From Candidatus Multivoradales bacterium (GTDB lineage Bacteria; Acidobacteriota; Thermoanaerobaculia; Multivoradales; JAHEKO01), in contig CBDCXM010000009.1 in NCBI GenBank assembly GCA_965223855.1, forward strand, positions 1,088,001 through 1,152,000: a stretch of 64,000 nt of DNA. Reading direction: 5' to 3'. Below, piece after piece: positions 53,418-63,486 of the stretch. A program made the translations under genes and the position numbers. Below the pieces are notes generated by a model. It did no database searches and was not told the origin of the DNA. It saw only the letters and a list, made by a program, of their open reading frames with translations. Position 1 is the first letter of the stretch, and the number at the start of each line of letters is the position of its first letter.

Positions 53418-54092
53418 GTGCTGACCGTCTCCCCCGAGATCCCCGAACGCTTCCCCGGCGTGCTGGTGGGGACGATCGTTCTCGACGGCATCGACAACTC
53501 GGGCACCCTGGCGGACGCAGGGCAGCGACTCGAGAGCGCCGCGGCTGCGGCACGCGCGGCGCTGGCCGGCCCGCTCGTGGAGCACCCGAGGATCGCGCCG
53601 TGGCGCGACGCCTATCGCGCCTTCGGCGCCAAGCCGAAGAAGTACCCCTCGTCGATCGAGGCGCTCTGCCGGCGGGCCCTCAAGGGGGAGGCGCCTCCGA
53701 GCATCAGCCCACTGGTCGATCTCTACAACGAGGTGTCGCTGCGTCACCTCCTTCCCGTCGGAGGGGAGGATCTCGAATCTCTGCAAGGTCCGCTGCAACT
53801 CAGGTTCGCCGGCGAAGGCGAGCCGGAAGTCGAGCTCCTGGGTCGGCCCGCTCCCCAGGCGCCGGAGCCGGGTGAGGTGATCTACGCCGACGACGTCGGT
53901 GCGGTCTGCCGGCGCTGGAACTGGCGAGAGGCGGCGCGCACCTGTCTCACCGCCGGGACGCGGCGCGCGATCCTCGTCATCGAGTCGCTGCCGCCGGTCT
54001 CGCGCGCCGAGCTCGAGGCGGCGCTCGGCGAACTGAGAGACCACGTGGTCGAAACGTGCGGCGGCACGGCCGAGCTCGAGGTCCACGGCTGA
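53418..54092 (+). CDS. Stand-alone B3/4-domain protein (PheRS-editing-like)
   Basis: WRDAYRAFG.KP.KYPSSIEAL.RR, ISPLVDLYN.VSL, GGEDL, CRRWNWRE. Confidence 0.9.
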   Translation: MLTVSPEIPERFPGVLVGTIVLDGIDNSGTLADAGQRLESAAAAARAALAGPLVEHPRIAPWRDAYRAFGAKPKKYPSSIEALCRRALKGEAPPSISPLVDLYNEVSLRHLLPVGGEDLESLQGPLQLRFAGEGEPEVELLGRPAPQAPEPGEVIYADDVGAVCRRWNWREAARTCLTAGTRRAILVIESLPPVSRAELEAALGELRDHVVETCGGTAELEVHG

Positions 54093-54123
54093 GGGTGGCG
54101 CTGCCTACCGAGGAGGGGTTGCG

Positions 54124-57100
54124 ATGAGGAAGACGAGATGGAGGGGGCTGGTGCTGGTCCTCGGAACATTCTGCGCTGCGACGGTGAGCGCCGGGATCGA
54201 AGACAAGCTCGACCGCGCCCTCGAGTATCGGCAGGTCGGCCCCTACCGCGGCGGCCGCTCGACCGCCGTCAGCGGCGTGCGCGGCGAGCCGTTCACTTTC
54301 TACATGGGGACCAGCGGCGGCGGGGTATGGAAGACGACCAACGCCGGCACCTCGTGGTTCAACATCTCCGACGCCGACTTCGGTGCCGCGTCGATCGGCG
54401 CGGTCGTCGTGGCCCCCTCGGACCCGAACGTCGTCTACGTCGGCACCGGCTCCGGTTGTCCGCGAGGCAACGTCATGAACGGCGACGGCGTCTACCGCTC
54501 CACCGACGCCGGCTCGACCTGGCAGCACGTCGGCCTCGCCGCCGCCGGCCTCATCCCGCGTATGGTCGTCGATCCACGCGATGCCGATGTCGTCTACGCC
54601 GCGGTGCTGGGAGACATCTTCGAGCCCTCGCCCGAGCGCGGCGTCTACCGCTCGCGCGACGGCGGCGCCTCCTGGGAGGCGGTGCTCCAGGTGTCCGAGC
54701 GCACCGGCGCGGTCGATCTGGTGATCGATCCGGCCAATCCGAGGGTGCTCTACGCGGCGATGTGGACCGCTGAGCGCAAGCCCTGGACGCTCGTCGACGG
54801 CTCCGACGAAGGTGGGGTGTGGAAGTCGATCGACGGTGGTGACACCTGGAGTCGACTCGAGGGGGGGCTGCCCGGCGGCACCCTCGGCCGGATCGGGCTC
54901 GCGCTGTCTCCGGCGCGGCCGCAGCGGATCTGGGCGCAGGTCACGACTCCCGACGACTCCGGAGGCCTGTTCCGCTCCGACGACGCCGGTAAGAGCTGGA
55001 AGCGGGTCAACGCAGAGCGCAAGATCCAGGTGCGCGCCTGGTACTACGCCCATCTCGAGGCCGACCCGGTCGATCCCGACACCGTCTACTCGCTCGGACT
55101 GCGCTTCTGGCGCTCGGTCGATGGAGGGGCGAGCTTCGAGCGCATCTCGACACCACACGGCGACAACCACGCGATGTGGATCAACCCGGACGACCCGCGC
55201 ATCCTGATCGAGGCCAACGACGGCGGTGCCGCGGTGTCGCTCGACCACGGCGCGAGCTGGTCGTCGCTCTACAACCAGCCGACCGCGGAGATCTACCGGC
55301 TGACCGTCGACGATGGGTTCCCGTATCGGCTCTACGGCGCCCAGCAGGACAACACCTCGATCAGCGTGCCGGCCTGGAGCGCCGGCGGTCTGTCGCCGAA
55401 GCAGGAGTGGTGGCGCGCCGGTGGCGGCGAGAGCGGCGACATCGCCCTCCACCCCGAGCGGCCCGACGTCGTCTACAGCGGCAACTACATCGGCCTGATC
55501 GAGCGCTGGGATCGCCGCACCGACGAGCGGCGCTCGATCATGGTGTACCCCGAGCTCGCCGACGGCGTGCCGCCGAGGGATCTGACCTACCGGTTCCAGT
55601 GGAATGCGCCGATCCGAGTCTCGCCTCACGATCCCGACACGCTCTACCAGGCTTCGCATCGGCTCCATCGTTCGAGAGACGGCGGGCAGACCTGGGAGAC
55701 GATCTCGGACGACCTGACCCATGACGACGAGACCAAGCAGGAGCTCCCCGGCGGTCCGGTGCAACACGACGACACCGGGGTAGAGGTCTACGGCACGATC
55801 TTCGCCTTCGAGGAGTCGCCGCACGAGCGCGGCCTCCTGTGGGCCGGCAGCGACGACGGGCGGCTTCATCTCTCACGCGACGACGGGGCAACCTGGCAGG
55901 AGATCACCCCGCCCGGGCTCGCCGTCGACTCGACGATCAACATGATCGAGCTCTCGACGCACGACGCCGGCCGCGCGTTCCTCGCCATCCACCGCTACCG
56001 GTCGGGAGACGACCGTCCGTACCTCCTGCGGACCGACGACTACGGAGCCACCTGGACCTCGCTCGCATCGGGGTTGCCGGCGGACGAGCCGGTGCGGGTG
56101 GTACGCGAGGATCCCGCAGTGCGGGGCCTCCTCTATGCCGGTACGGAGAAGGGGGTGCGGATCTCGTGGGACGACGGCGCTTCGTGGCAGCCGCTCGACC
56201 TCAACCTGCCGCGGGTCCAGGTCTCCGACCTCGCCGTCCGGCACGGCGATCTCCAACTCGCGACCCACGGGCGCTCCTTCTGGGTGCTCGACCAGATCGC
56301 GCCGCTGCGCCAGATGACCGAGGCGATCGCCGAGGCCGATCTGCATCTCTTCTCCCTGCCGCCGGCGCCGCGAGTCCGTGCCGCCGGCCGCTTCGGCGAG
56401 GATCCCCAGCCTGACGCGCGCGGTACCGGAGCGCGGATCGACTTCTGGATCGGCGAGGCCGCACTCGAAGACCTGCCGGAGGACGAGACCGTGGGCCGAC
56501 TGACGATCCGCGACCGCGACGGCGAGGTGGTGCGGAGCTACGACCTGGCGCTCGACGCCGAGGTCGAGTCGGAGGACGAGCTCGAGGTGGAGGTCGTCGC
56601 CGCCGGCCTCAACCGGCTCGTCTGGGACTTCGAGAGCGCCGAGCCGGAGCTCCTCGACGACGCGGTGATGTCCCTCGGCTACACCGGAGGGCTGCCGATG
56701 CCGCCTGACCGCTACGGCGTAGAGGTCTCGATCGGCGAGTCGTCCGTCCTCGGCTTTCTCGAGGTCGCGCCCGATCCGCGGCTCTCTCATGCGGCCGGCG
56801 ACTACGAGGCCGGCTACCAGCTCGCCCGTGCCGCGCGCGACCGCATGGTGGAGGTGCACACCGTGCTCGAGCGCCTGCGCTCGGTACGTGAGCAGCTCGA
56901 ATCGATCGAGTCGCGGCTCGAGGAGGCGGGGCGCGAGACGTCGATCGGTGAGGATGCCGCGGCACTCTATGAAGCGTTCGGTCTTCTCGAGGACGAGCTG
57001 ATCCAGAAGCGCAACGAAGCGCCGCAGGATCCGCTCAACTTCCCGCCGCGCCTCGACAACCAGTACTCGTTCCTCTACGGCGAGCTGGCGTTCGCCTCCG

Positions 57101-57258
57101 GCCGCCCCAACAGCGGCGCCTACCAGCGGATGGAGGATCTCGACCGCGAGTGGGAGCCGCTCAAGCGGCGCTGGCAGGAGCTGCTCGACAACGACCTCGC
57201 AGCGATCCTCTCGCAGCTCGAAGCCGAAGAGCTTCCGGCGATCCTGGTTCCCGAGTAG
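54124..57258 (+). CDS. Secreted VPS10/BNR-repeat beta-propeller glycosyl hydrolase-like protein
   Basis: GPYRGGRS, repeated S/T-x-D-x-G-x-T/S-W Asp boxes, HGDNH, FQWNAPI, ATHGRSFW. Confidence 0.9.
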   Translation: MRKTRWRGLVLVLGTFCAATVSAGIEDKLDRALEYRQVGPYRGGRSTAVSGVRGEPFTFYMGTSGGGVWKTTNAGTSWFNISDADFGAASIGAVVVAPSDPNVVYVGTGSGCPRGNVMNGDGVYRSTDAGSTWQHVGLAAAGLIPRMVVDPRDADVVYAAVLGDIFEPSPERGVYRSRDGGASWEAVLQVSERTGAVDLVIDPANPRVLYAAMWTAERKPWTLVDGSDEGGVWKSIDGGDTWSRLEGGLPGGTLGRIGLALSPARPQRIWAQVTTPDDSGGLFRSDDAGKSWKRVNAERKIQVRAWYYAHLEADPVDPDTVYSLGLRFWRSVDGGASFERISTPHGDNHAMWINPDDPRILIEANDGGAAVSLDHGASWSSLYNQPTAEIYRLTVDDGFPYRLYGAQQDNTSISVPAWSAGGLSPKQEWWRAGGGESGDIALHPERPDVVYSGNYIGLIERWDRRTDERRSIMVYPELADGVPPRDLTYRFQWNAPIRVSPHDPDTLYQASHRLHRSRDGGQTWETISDDLTHDDETKQELPGGPVQHDDTGVEVYGTIFAFEESPHERGLLWAGSDDGRLHLSRDDGATWQEITPPGLAVDSTINMIELSTHDAGRAFLAIHRYRSGDDRPYLLRTDDYGATWTSLASGLPADEPVRVVREDPAVRGLLYAGTEKGVRISWDDGASWQPLDLNLPRVQVSDLAVRHGDLQLATHGRSFWVLDQIAPLRQMTEAIAEADLHLFSLPPAPRVRAAGRFGEDPQPDARGTGARIDFWIGEAALEDLPEDETVGRLTIRDRDGEVVRSYDLALDAEVESEDELEVEVVAAGLNRLVWDFESAEPELLDDAVMSLGYTGGLPMPPDRYGVEVSIGESSVLGFLEVAPDPRLSHAAGDYEAGYQLARAARDRMVEVHTVLERLRSVREQLESIESRLEEAGRETSIGEDAAALYEAFGLLEDELIQKRNEAPQDPLNFPPRLDNQYSFLYGELAFASGRPNSGAYQRMEDLDREWEPLKRRWQELLDNDLAAILSQLEAEELPAILVPE

Positions 57259-57291
57259 CCGCCTTCGCGGTCGGCTCGGAGACCGCCCCGG

Positions 57292-57762
57292 TTACTTCGG
57301 CGCGAGGCGCTTCTCGAACCAGGAATCGCCGTACGGCTCGTCGTTGAACCGCTCGATTTCTCGGTAGCCGGCCGAAACGTAGAGCGCCTGCGCTTCGGGG
57401 AGGGCGCGGTTGGTCTCGAGTCGCACGACGTCGAATCCGAGCTCCACCGCCCGGTCTTCCAACGCCTCGAGCAGCCGGCGACCGAGGCCGAGGCCGCGGG
57501 CGTCCTCGGCCACCCACATCCGCTTGAGGTAGCCGACGCGGGGCTCGAGTGTCTTCAGGCACCCGCAGCCGATCGGGTCGCCGTCGCGGCCGGCGACCAG
57601 GAAGACTCCCCGCGGCGGCACGAGCTCCTCGTCGAGGAGCGGCAGGGCGCGGGAGAGGTCGAATCCTCCTTCGAATCGGACGGCGAGCTCGGCGTAGTAC
57701 TGGCCGAGGCACCAGCGGGCTGCCGGGTCGCTCGGCGCCACCTCACGGATCTCGATCTCCAT
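57292..57762 (-). CDS. GNAT acetyltransferase
   Basis: LKRMWV..DARGLGLGRRLL, RLETNRAL.EA..LY; start may be 57792. Confidence 0.9.
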   Translation of the reverse strand: MEIEIREVAPSDPAARWCLGQYYAELAVRFEGGFDLSRALPLLDEELVPPRGVFLVAGRDGDPIGCGCLKTLEPRVGYLKRMWVAEDARGLGLGRRLLEALEDRAVELGFDVVRLETNRALPEAQALYVSAGYREIERFNDEPYGDSWFEKRLAPK

Positions 57763-57799
57763 CGCACTCGAAGATGAGTCGACCTTGCGCATCGGCCGG

Positions 57800-58282
57800 C
57801 TAGATCCAGCGCCGGACGCGGTCTTGATACTCGCGGTACGGGTCGCCGAAGCGCTCGGTGAGGTAGGCCTCTTCGTGACGGATCGCCCAGCGATACGCCA
57901 GCCACATCGACAGCGGCAGCAGCACCCACCACCACCCCTGGCTCTTCCAGCAGGCGGCGGCCGCCTGGAGGAGCGCCATACCGAGGTACATCGGGTTGCG
58001 GCTCACCCGGTAGAGGCCGCGCTCGACGACGCTCGGCGTCGGCTTCCACGGCTCCGGGTTCTGCCCGCTGCCGACGAGCTGGCCGAGCGATCCGAGGAGA
58101 AAGACCGCGCCCGCCGCGAGGAGTGCGAAACCGACGATCGCCGTCCACGGCTCCCCGAGGTCGAGCGGCATCCGCCGGACGAAGCGATCGAGCAGGTAGC
58201 CGATCAGCATGACGACGGCGAAAATCGCCGGTGGCGGGAAGCGGACCCGGGCGGCCGTCTGCTGCGAACTCTCCGTGCTCAT
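57800..58282 (-). CDS. Isoprenylcysteine carboxylmethyltransferase/PEMT family protein
   Basis: GLYRVSRNPMYLG, EEAYL..RFG..Y.EY...VRRWI. Confidence 0.9.
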   Translation of the reverse strand: MSTESSQQTAARVRFPPPAIFAVVMLIGYLLDRFVRRMPLDLGEPWTAIVGFALLAAGAVFLLGSLGQLVGSGQNPEPWKPTPSVVERGLYRVSRNPMYLGMALLQAAAACWKSQGWWWVLLPLSMWLAYRWAIRHEEAYLTERFGDPYREYQDRVRRWI

Positions 58283-59040
58283 GACGGTTGCGCGCGATCC
58301 TGCCAGTCGAGGTGATCGATCTTCCAGCTTCGCGCCCAGTAGATGAACGGCGTGTCGAGCACCGCGACGATCAGCTTGAAGACGTACTTGGCGGCTGCCA
58401 GTTGAATCGCTGTCCGCAGGTCGAGCACCGCCCACCACACCACCGCCGAGTAGATCGCCGTATCGATCGCCTGCGAGACGGCGGTCGACAGCGTGTTGCG
58501 CAGCCACAGATGGCGCCCCTCGGTGCGCTCCCTGATCCAGTGGAAGAACCAGACGTCATGGCTCTGACTGATCAGATACGCCAGCAGCGACCCGAAGACG
58601 AAGCGCGGGGTGTAGCCGAACAGGAACTCGAGAGCCGCGTGCGCCTGCACCGCGAGGGCGTTGGCCTGCGGGCTCGCCTCGGTGGGGCGGAAGAGCAGGC
58701 TCAGCGCCATGAAGAGCACCACCACGACGCTGACGCAGAAGCCGATCCGCACCGCCCGGTTCGCCTCGCGCTTGCCGTAGCGCTCGCTGAGCAGATCGGT
58801 GGCGAAGTAGATCCCCGAGTAGAGGATCACCCCGAGGCTCGTCGGCAGGCCGAACACCGTCGTCAGCTTCGGCCCCTGGAGGTTGCACAGCAGGACGTTG
58901 AGGCAGATGACGGCGTAGAGGCCCTGGCGGCCGAACAGCCGGTACATCACCAGCGTCAGCGACAGGTCGAGTGCGACCGTCAGCACCCACAGAGCGCTCT
59001 GGTGCTCGCCCCAGAACCGCGCGATCGCTTCGGGCAGCAT
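58279..59040 (-). CDS. yhhQ: Queuosine precursor transporter (YhhQ/VUT family)
   Basis: TDLLSERYG, GSLLAYLISQ.HD, WLRN..ST.VSQ.IDT, DTPF.Y. Confidence 0.9.
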   Translation of the reverse strand: MLPEAIARFWGEHQSALWVLTVALDLSLTLVMYRLFGRQGLYAVICLNVLLCNLQGPKLTTVFGLPTSLGVILYSGIYFATDLLSERYGKREANRAVRIGFCVSVVVVLFMALSLLFRPTEASPQANALAVQAHAALEFLFGYTPRFVFGSLLAYLISQSHDVWFFHWIRERTEGRHLWLRNTLSTAVSQAIDTAIYSAVVWWAVLDLRTAIQLAAAKYVFKLIVAVLDTPFIYWARSWKIDHLDWQDRAQPS

Positions 59041-59099
59041 CTGCGGTGATCGGAAGACGGCGACCGGAAAGACTCAGCGCGATGCCGGAGGCGTCGCTC

Positions 59100-59396
59100 T
59101 CAGTCGGGGTCGGAGTTGATCAGCTCCTGTGCCTCCGCCCAGTCGAAGGCGCGCAGGGTCGTCGTGCGGACGTTGCCGCCGGCGCCGAGCCGCAGCAGCA
59201 CGGCTGCCGCCGCCTCCTCGCTAGGGGCCTCCATGATGAAGACGCCGTCGTGGCTGCCGATCGTCCAGAACTGGTGCTGGATCGTCACGCCGGAGCGCTC
59301 GGCGTACTGGTTGAACGCGTCGGCGCGTTGCGGAGAATCGCGCAGGTTGCGGATCCCCTGATCGGTGTAGTCGAGGAGCACGATGAAAGTCGCCAT
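59100..59396 (-). CDS. GYD-domain protein
   Basis: YTDQGIRN, FWTIGSHD, GNVRTTTLRAF. Confidence 0.9.
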   Translation of the reverse strand: MATFIVLLDYTDQGIRNLRDSPQRADAFNQYAERSGVTIQHQFWTIGSHDGVFIMEAPSEEAAAAVLLRLGAGGNVRTTTLRAFDWAEAQELINSDPD

Positions 59397-59434
59397 GATC
59401 GGGGATCTTACTCGGTGCCCTCAGGCTCTTTCCG

Positions 59435-59830
59435 TCAACCGCCGCGGGCGGCGAGGAAGCCCGCCGTCGCGGTGATCGCGGTGAGGAGCGTCCCCCACAG
59501 CATGTCGACGATGACCATTCTGAGCGGCCACCCCTCGAGTGTCGCGTAGTTGGTCAGGTCGTAGGCGCCGTAGGCGACCGCGCCGAGGACCGCGCCGTAG
59601 AAGGCGGCAGTCTTCCAAGTTCCTCCTGCGAGGGCCGGGTTGACCGCCAGCAGGACGATGCCGACGACGTAGACGAGATAGAAGACTCCCGCCGCGATCA
59701 TGTTCGGGCTCGACCGCAGCCGGTCGCCCAGGCAGTCGGCGTAGAAGCGCTTGGCGATCACCCCAAGCCACGTGCCGTCGAGAATCAGGAACGTGACGAA
59801 CGAGGCGAGGAACGCCCTCAGGTCCAGCAT
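59435..59830 (-). CDS. DUF2177 family membrane protein
   Basis: LDGTWLG, FYL.Y..GI, YGAYDLTNYATL.GW, VDMLWG. Confidence 0.9.
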   Translation of the reverse strand: MLDLRAFLASFVTFLILDGTWLGVIAKRFYADCLGDRLRSSPNMIAAGVFYLVYVVGIVLLAVNPALAGGTWKTAAFYGAVLGAVAYGAYDLTNYATLEGWPLRMVIVDMLWGTLLTAITATAGFLAARGG

Positions 59831-59917
59831 CTCGGTCCCCTCACGAATGTCGTGCGGATGCGTTACCACTCGGAACGGCGGGGAGGATACCGGATGAGCG
59901 GTGCGCTGTCTGTGAGA

Positions 59918-59976
59918 CGCCGGTTTCGGGCCGGTCTTCCGGCCCGTTTCCCGGCCGGTTTCCCGGCCGGTTTCCC
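59918..59976. repeat. 12-bp tandem repeat (GGCCGGTTTCCC), about 5 degenerate copies
   Basis: Units at 59929, 59941, 59953 and 59965 plus a partial unit at 59918. Confidence 0.8.
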
Positions 59977-60009
59977 GGGCTCCGCGGGAATCGAGTACTC
60001 TCCGCTCGC

Positions 60010-60576
60010 ATGACGAGCCGAGCGAACGCCCGCCCCGGCCTTTGGGGCATCCTCATCGCCCTTGCAGCGTTCGCCTGCGGCACCCGGGAGCCGCTGCCGA
60101 CGATCGCCCGCATCGACAGGCTCGAACTGGAACTTCCGACGGGGCAGACCCTCACCGCCGCCGACCTCGACGGCCGCGTGCACGTCGTCGATTTCATCTT
60201 CACCTCGTGCGAGATGGCGTGCCCGATGATGACGGCGCGGATGAGTGAGCTCCACAAGGCCTATGCCGGGGACGATCGGGTGAGGCTCCTGTCGGTCTCG
60301 ACCGATCCCGAGACCGACACCGCTGAAGTGCTGGCTGCCTATGCCGGCAAGTGGAACGCCGATCCCGAGCGCTGGCTCTTCGGCCGCGCGCCGGTGGAGG
60401 AGGTCGTGAGGCTGTCGGAGAAGGAGTTCCTGCTTTCGGCTCAGGGGCTGCCGATGGGGCACTCGCTCAAGTTCGCTCTCGTCGACGACCAGCGGCACAT
60501 CCGTGGCTACTACGACAGCGAGGATGCCGAGGATCTTCGACGGCTCCGGGTCGATCTCGAGAGATTGCTGGGATGA
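60010..60576 (+). CDS. SCO1/SenC copper chaperone, lipoprotein
   Basis: DFIFTSCEMACP, S.STDPE.D, HS.KF.LVD, IRGYY. Confidence 0.92.
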   Translation: MTSRANARPGLWGILIALAAFACGTREPLPTIARIDRLELELPTGQTLTAADLDGRVHVVDFIFTSCEMACPMMTARMSELHKAYAGDDRVRLLSVSTDPETDTAEVLAAYAGKWNADPERWLFGRAPVEEVVRLSEKEFLLSAQGLPMGHSLKFALVDDQRHIRGYYDSEDAEDLRRLRVDLERLLG

Positions 60577-60794
60577 GCAGAGGCCGCCTCGCCTGTTACC
60601 ATCGACAACCCTGAGGCATCGATCCCGTATCTCCGAGGTCATGCCCAGAGCGCCCGGCCCTCGTCGGGCGCCCCTGACGGTCTCCGCTCGGAGGCCACCA
60701 TCACCCCCCAAACGACGCGGCAGGTTCGATCGAGTCCAAGTCGTTCTCGCCTTCGAGGACCCCTCGGAGGCCTACCGAAGAGGAGAAGTGACGA

Positions 60795-62951
60795 ATGTCG
60801 AGAATGATGACCACCCTCGCGGCTGCGGCCGTGGTGACGGTCGCGGTGGGCTGCAGTCAGCCCGCCGAGGAGACCGCCGGAAGCGACGGCGCCGTGAGTG
60901 ACCAGAACATCCTGCTGGCCGAGTGGGAAGGTCCCTACGGCGGCGTGCCCGCCTTCGAGACGATGGACCTCGCGGCTCTCAAGCCCGCCCTCGAGAAGGG
61001 CATGGAGATGACGCTCGCGGAGATCGATGCGATCGCCGGAGACGCCAACCCGCCGACCTTCGAGAACACCATCCTCCCCATGGAGCGTTCCGGTCGCGAC
61101 CTCAACCGGGTCTTCACCTACTGGGGCATCTGGAGCGCCAACCGCTCGACCCCCGAGTTCCGCGAGATTCAGCAGGAGATGGCGCCGGTGCTCTCGGAGT
61201 TCCAGTCGAAGATCACCCAGAACGACGCTCTCTTCCAGCGCATCAAGGCGGTCTATGAGAGCGACGAGATGAAGGAGCTGCGTCCTGACGAGCAGCGACT
61301 GGTGTGGCTGACCTACGACGGCTTCGCCCGCAACGGCGCGACCCTCGAGGGCGAAGCGAAGGAGCGTTACGCGGCAATCAACCAGCGCCTCGCCGAGCTC
61401 CACACGAAGTTCGCCAACAACGTGCTGGCCGACGAAGAGGGCTACGTGACCTACATCACCGAGGATCAGCTCGGCGGCCTTCCCGAGTCGTTCGTCCAGG
61501 CGGCCGCCGCCGCGGCGACCGACCGCGAGCGCGAGGGTGAGTACGCGATCACCAACACCCGATCGTCGATGGACCCGTTCCTCACCTATTCGACCGAGCG
61601 TGAGCTCCGGGAGAAGGTGTGGAACACCTACTACTCGCGCGGCGACAACGGTGACGAGCACGACAACAACGCGCTCATCGCCGAGATCCTGCAACTGCGC
61701 GACGAGCGAGTGAAGCTGCTGGGCTACGACAACTACGCCGAGTGGCGGCTCGAGGACCGGATGGCGAAGAACCCCGCCAACGCCATGGAGCTGATGGAGA
61801 CCGTCTGGCCGGCGGCGATCGGCCGGGTGGCCGAAGAGGTCGCCGACATGCAGGCGGTCGCCGACGAGGAGGGCGCGGATATCACCATCGAGCCGTGGGA
61901 CTACCGCTTCTACGCCGAGAAGGTGCGTCAGGCGAAGTACGACCTCGACTCCGACGAGGTGAAGCAGTACCTGCAGCTCGAGAAGCTGGTCGAGGCGATG
62001 TTCTTCGTCGCCGGCGAGCTCTTCGACTTCGAGTTCACCCCGCTCGCCGAAGGCACGGTGCCGGTGTTCCACGAGGATGTCGGCGTCTGGGAGGTGACGA
62101 AGAAGTCCTCCGGCGATCACGTCGGTCTCTGGTACCTCGATCCCTACGCCCGTCCCGGCAAGCGTTCCGGAGCCTGGGCGACCACCTACCGGAGTCACGA
62201 GACGTTCGACGGCAAGCTGAACGTGTTGGCGTCGAACAACTCCAATTTCATCAAGGGGCCGGAAGGCGAAGCGGTGCTGATCTCCTGGGACGATGCGACG
62301 ACGCTCTTCCACGAGTTCGGCCACGCGCTGCACTTCCTGTCGTCGAACGTCGCCTACCCGACGCTCAACGGCGGCGTGCGCGACTACACCGAGTTCCAGT
62401 CGCAGCTCCTCGAGCGGTGGCTTCTGACCGACGAGGTGATCGACAACTACCTCGTTCACCACGAGACCGGTGAGCCGATCCCGGCGGAGCTGGTCGCCAA
62501 GATCAAGAACGCCGCGACCTTCAACCAGGGATTCTCGACCACCGAGTATCTGGCGTCGGCGCTCGTCGACATGAAGCTGCACACCACCGACCCGACAGGC
62601 CTGGATGCCGATGCGTTCGAGCGCGAGACGCTCGCCGCCCTCGACATGCCGGACGAGATCGTCATGCGTCACCGCACCCCTCACTTCGGCCACATCTTCT
62701 CGGGTGAGGGTTACTCGGCCGGCTACTACGGCTACATGTGGGCCGACGTCCTGACGGCTGATGCCGCCGAGGCGTTCGAGGAGGCGCCGGGCGGCTACTA
62801 CGACAAGGAGCTGGCGAAGAAGCTCGTCGACCATCTCTTCGCCGTGCGCAACGCCGTCGATCCCGCCGAGGCCTACCGCGCCTTCCGCGGTCGGGATGCC
62901 GAGATGGAAGCGCTGATGCGCGACCGCGGCTTCCCGGTTCCCGGCGAGTAG
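60795..62951 (+). CDS. dcp: M3 peptidase (peptidyl-dipeptidase Dcp-like), lipoprotein
   Basis: Lipobox AVGC; PTFENTI, KRSGAW, FHEFGHALH, HIFSG.GYSAGYY.YMW. Confidence 0.92.
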   Translation: MSRMMTTLAAAAVVTVAVGCSQPAEETAGSDGAVSDQNILLAEWEGPYGGVPAFETMDLAALKPALEKGMEMTLAEIDAIAGDANPPTFENTILPMERSGRDLNRVFTYWGIWSANRSTPEFREIQQEMAPVLSEFQSKITQNDALFQRIKAVYESDEMKELRPDEQRLVWLTYDGFARNGATLEGEAKERYAAINQRLAELHTKFANNVLADEEGYVTYITEDQLGGLPESFVQAAAAAATDREREGEYAITNTRSSMDPFLTYSTERELREKVWNTYYSRGDNGDEHDNNALIAEILQLRDERVKLLGYDNYAEWRLEDRMAKNPANAMELMETVWPAAIGRVAEEVADMQAVADEEGADITIEPWDYRFYAEKVRQAKYDLDSDEVKQYLQLEKLVEAMFFVAGELFDFEFTPLAEGTVPVFHEDVGVWEVTKKSSGDHVGLWYLDPYARPGKRSGAWATTYRSHETFDGKLNVLASNNSNFIKGPEGEAVLISWDDATTLFHEFGHALHFLSSNVAYPTLNGGVRDYTEFQSQLLERWLLTDEVIDNYLVHHETGEPIPAELVAKIKNAATFNQGFSTTEYLASALVDMKLHTTDPTGLDADAFERETLAALDMPDEIVMRHRTPHFGHIFSGEGYSAGYYGYMWADVLTADAAEAFEEAPGGYYDKELAKKLVDHLFAVRNAVDPAEAYRAFRGRDAEMEALMRDRGFPVPGE

Positions 62952-62974
62952 CAGCTACCAACCGCAGGAACAAC

Positions 62975-63008
62975 GATGGCGGATCGGCTTCGGTCGATCC
63001 GCCATCTT
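62975..63008 (+). terminator. Hairpin with C(UUCG)G loop after dcp
   Basis: GATGGCGGATCGGC-TTCG-GTCGATCCGCCATC-TT. Confidence 0.65.
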
Positions 63009-63060
63009 CGTCTCTGCCGATCGGCAACCGATCGGACGCATCCATCGAAGGAAGGACCAC

Positions 63061-63486
63061 ATGGACAGACAGACCCTGATCGACCACCTCAACGAAGACC
63101 TCGCCGGGGAACTCTCGGCGATCATCCAGTACGTCACCTATGCCGCGAAGGCGACCGGTCCCTACCGGCCGCAGCTCGTCGACTTCTTCCTCCAGGAGGT
63201 CGCAGACGAGCAGCTCCACGCTCAGTTCCTGGCGAACAAGATCGTCGCCCTCGGCGGTGAGCCGACGACGGTCCCCCGTCCGGTCGCCGAGGCCTCCGAC
63301 AACCGCGAGATGCTCGAGGCGGTGCTGACCGCCGAGACGCAGGCGGAGAAGGACTACACCCGGCGCGCCGTCGAGGCCGACGAGTTCGGCGACAAGGGGC
63401 TCGCCGTGGCGCTCGAGGACATGGTGCGCGACGAGGGTGGCCATCGCGAGGAGACCGAGCGCATCCTGCGCGACTGGCCGTTGTGA
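63061..63486 (+). CDS. Ferritin-like/bacterioferritin-like protein
   Basis: LNEDLAGELSAIIQY, DEQLHA, LGGEP, AE....Y, DEGGH di-iron ligand pattern. Confidence 0.9.
   Translation: MDRQTLIDHLNEDLAGELSAIIQYVTYAAKATGPYRPQLVDFFLQEVADEQLHAQFLANKIVALGGEPTTVPRPVAEASDNREMLEAVLTAETQAEKDYTRRAVEADEFGDKGLAVALEDMVRDEGGHREETERILRDWPL

Noticed and set aside
54300-56200. Recurring GACGGCGGC..CTGG sequence repeats
   Set aside because: These are coding Asp-box/BNR repeats of the beta-propeller, not a DNA element.
59041-59099. preQ1 riboswitch upstream of yhhQ
   Set aside because: No AGAGGTTC stem or A-rich tail in the short intergenic region.
60715-60740. tRNA T-loop-like GGTTCGATC
   Set aside because: No pairing T-stem, acceptor stem or D-arm.
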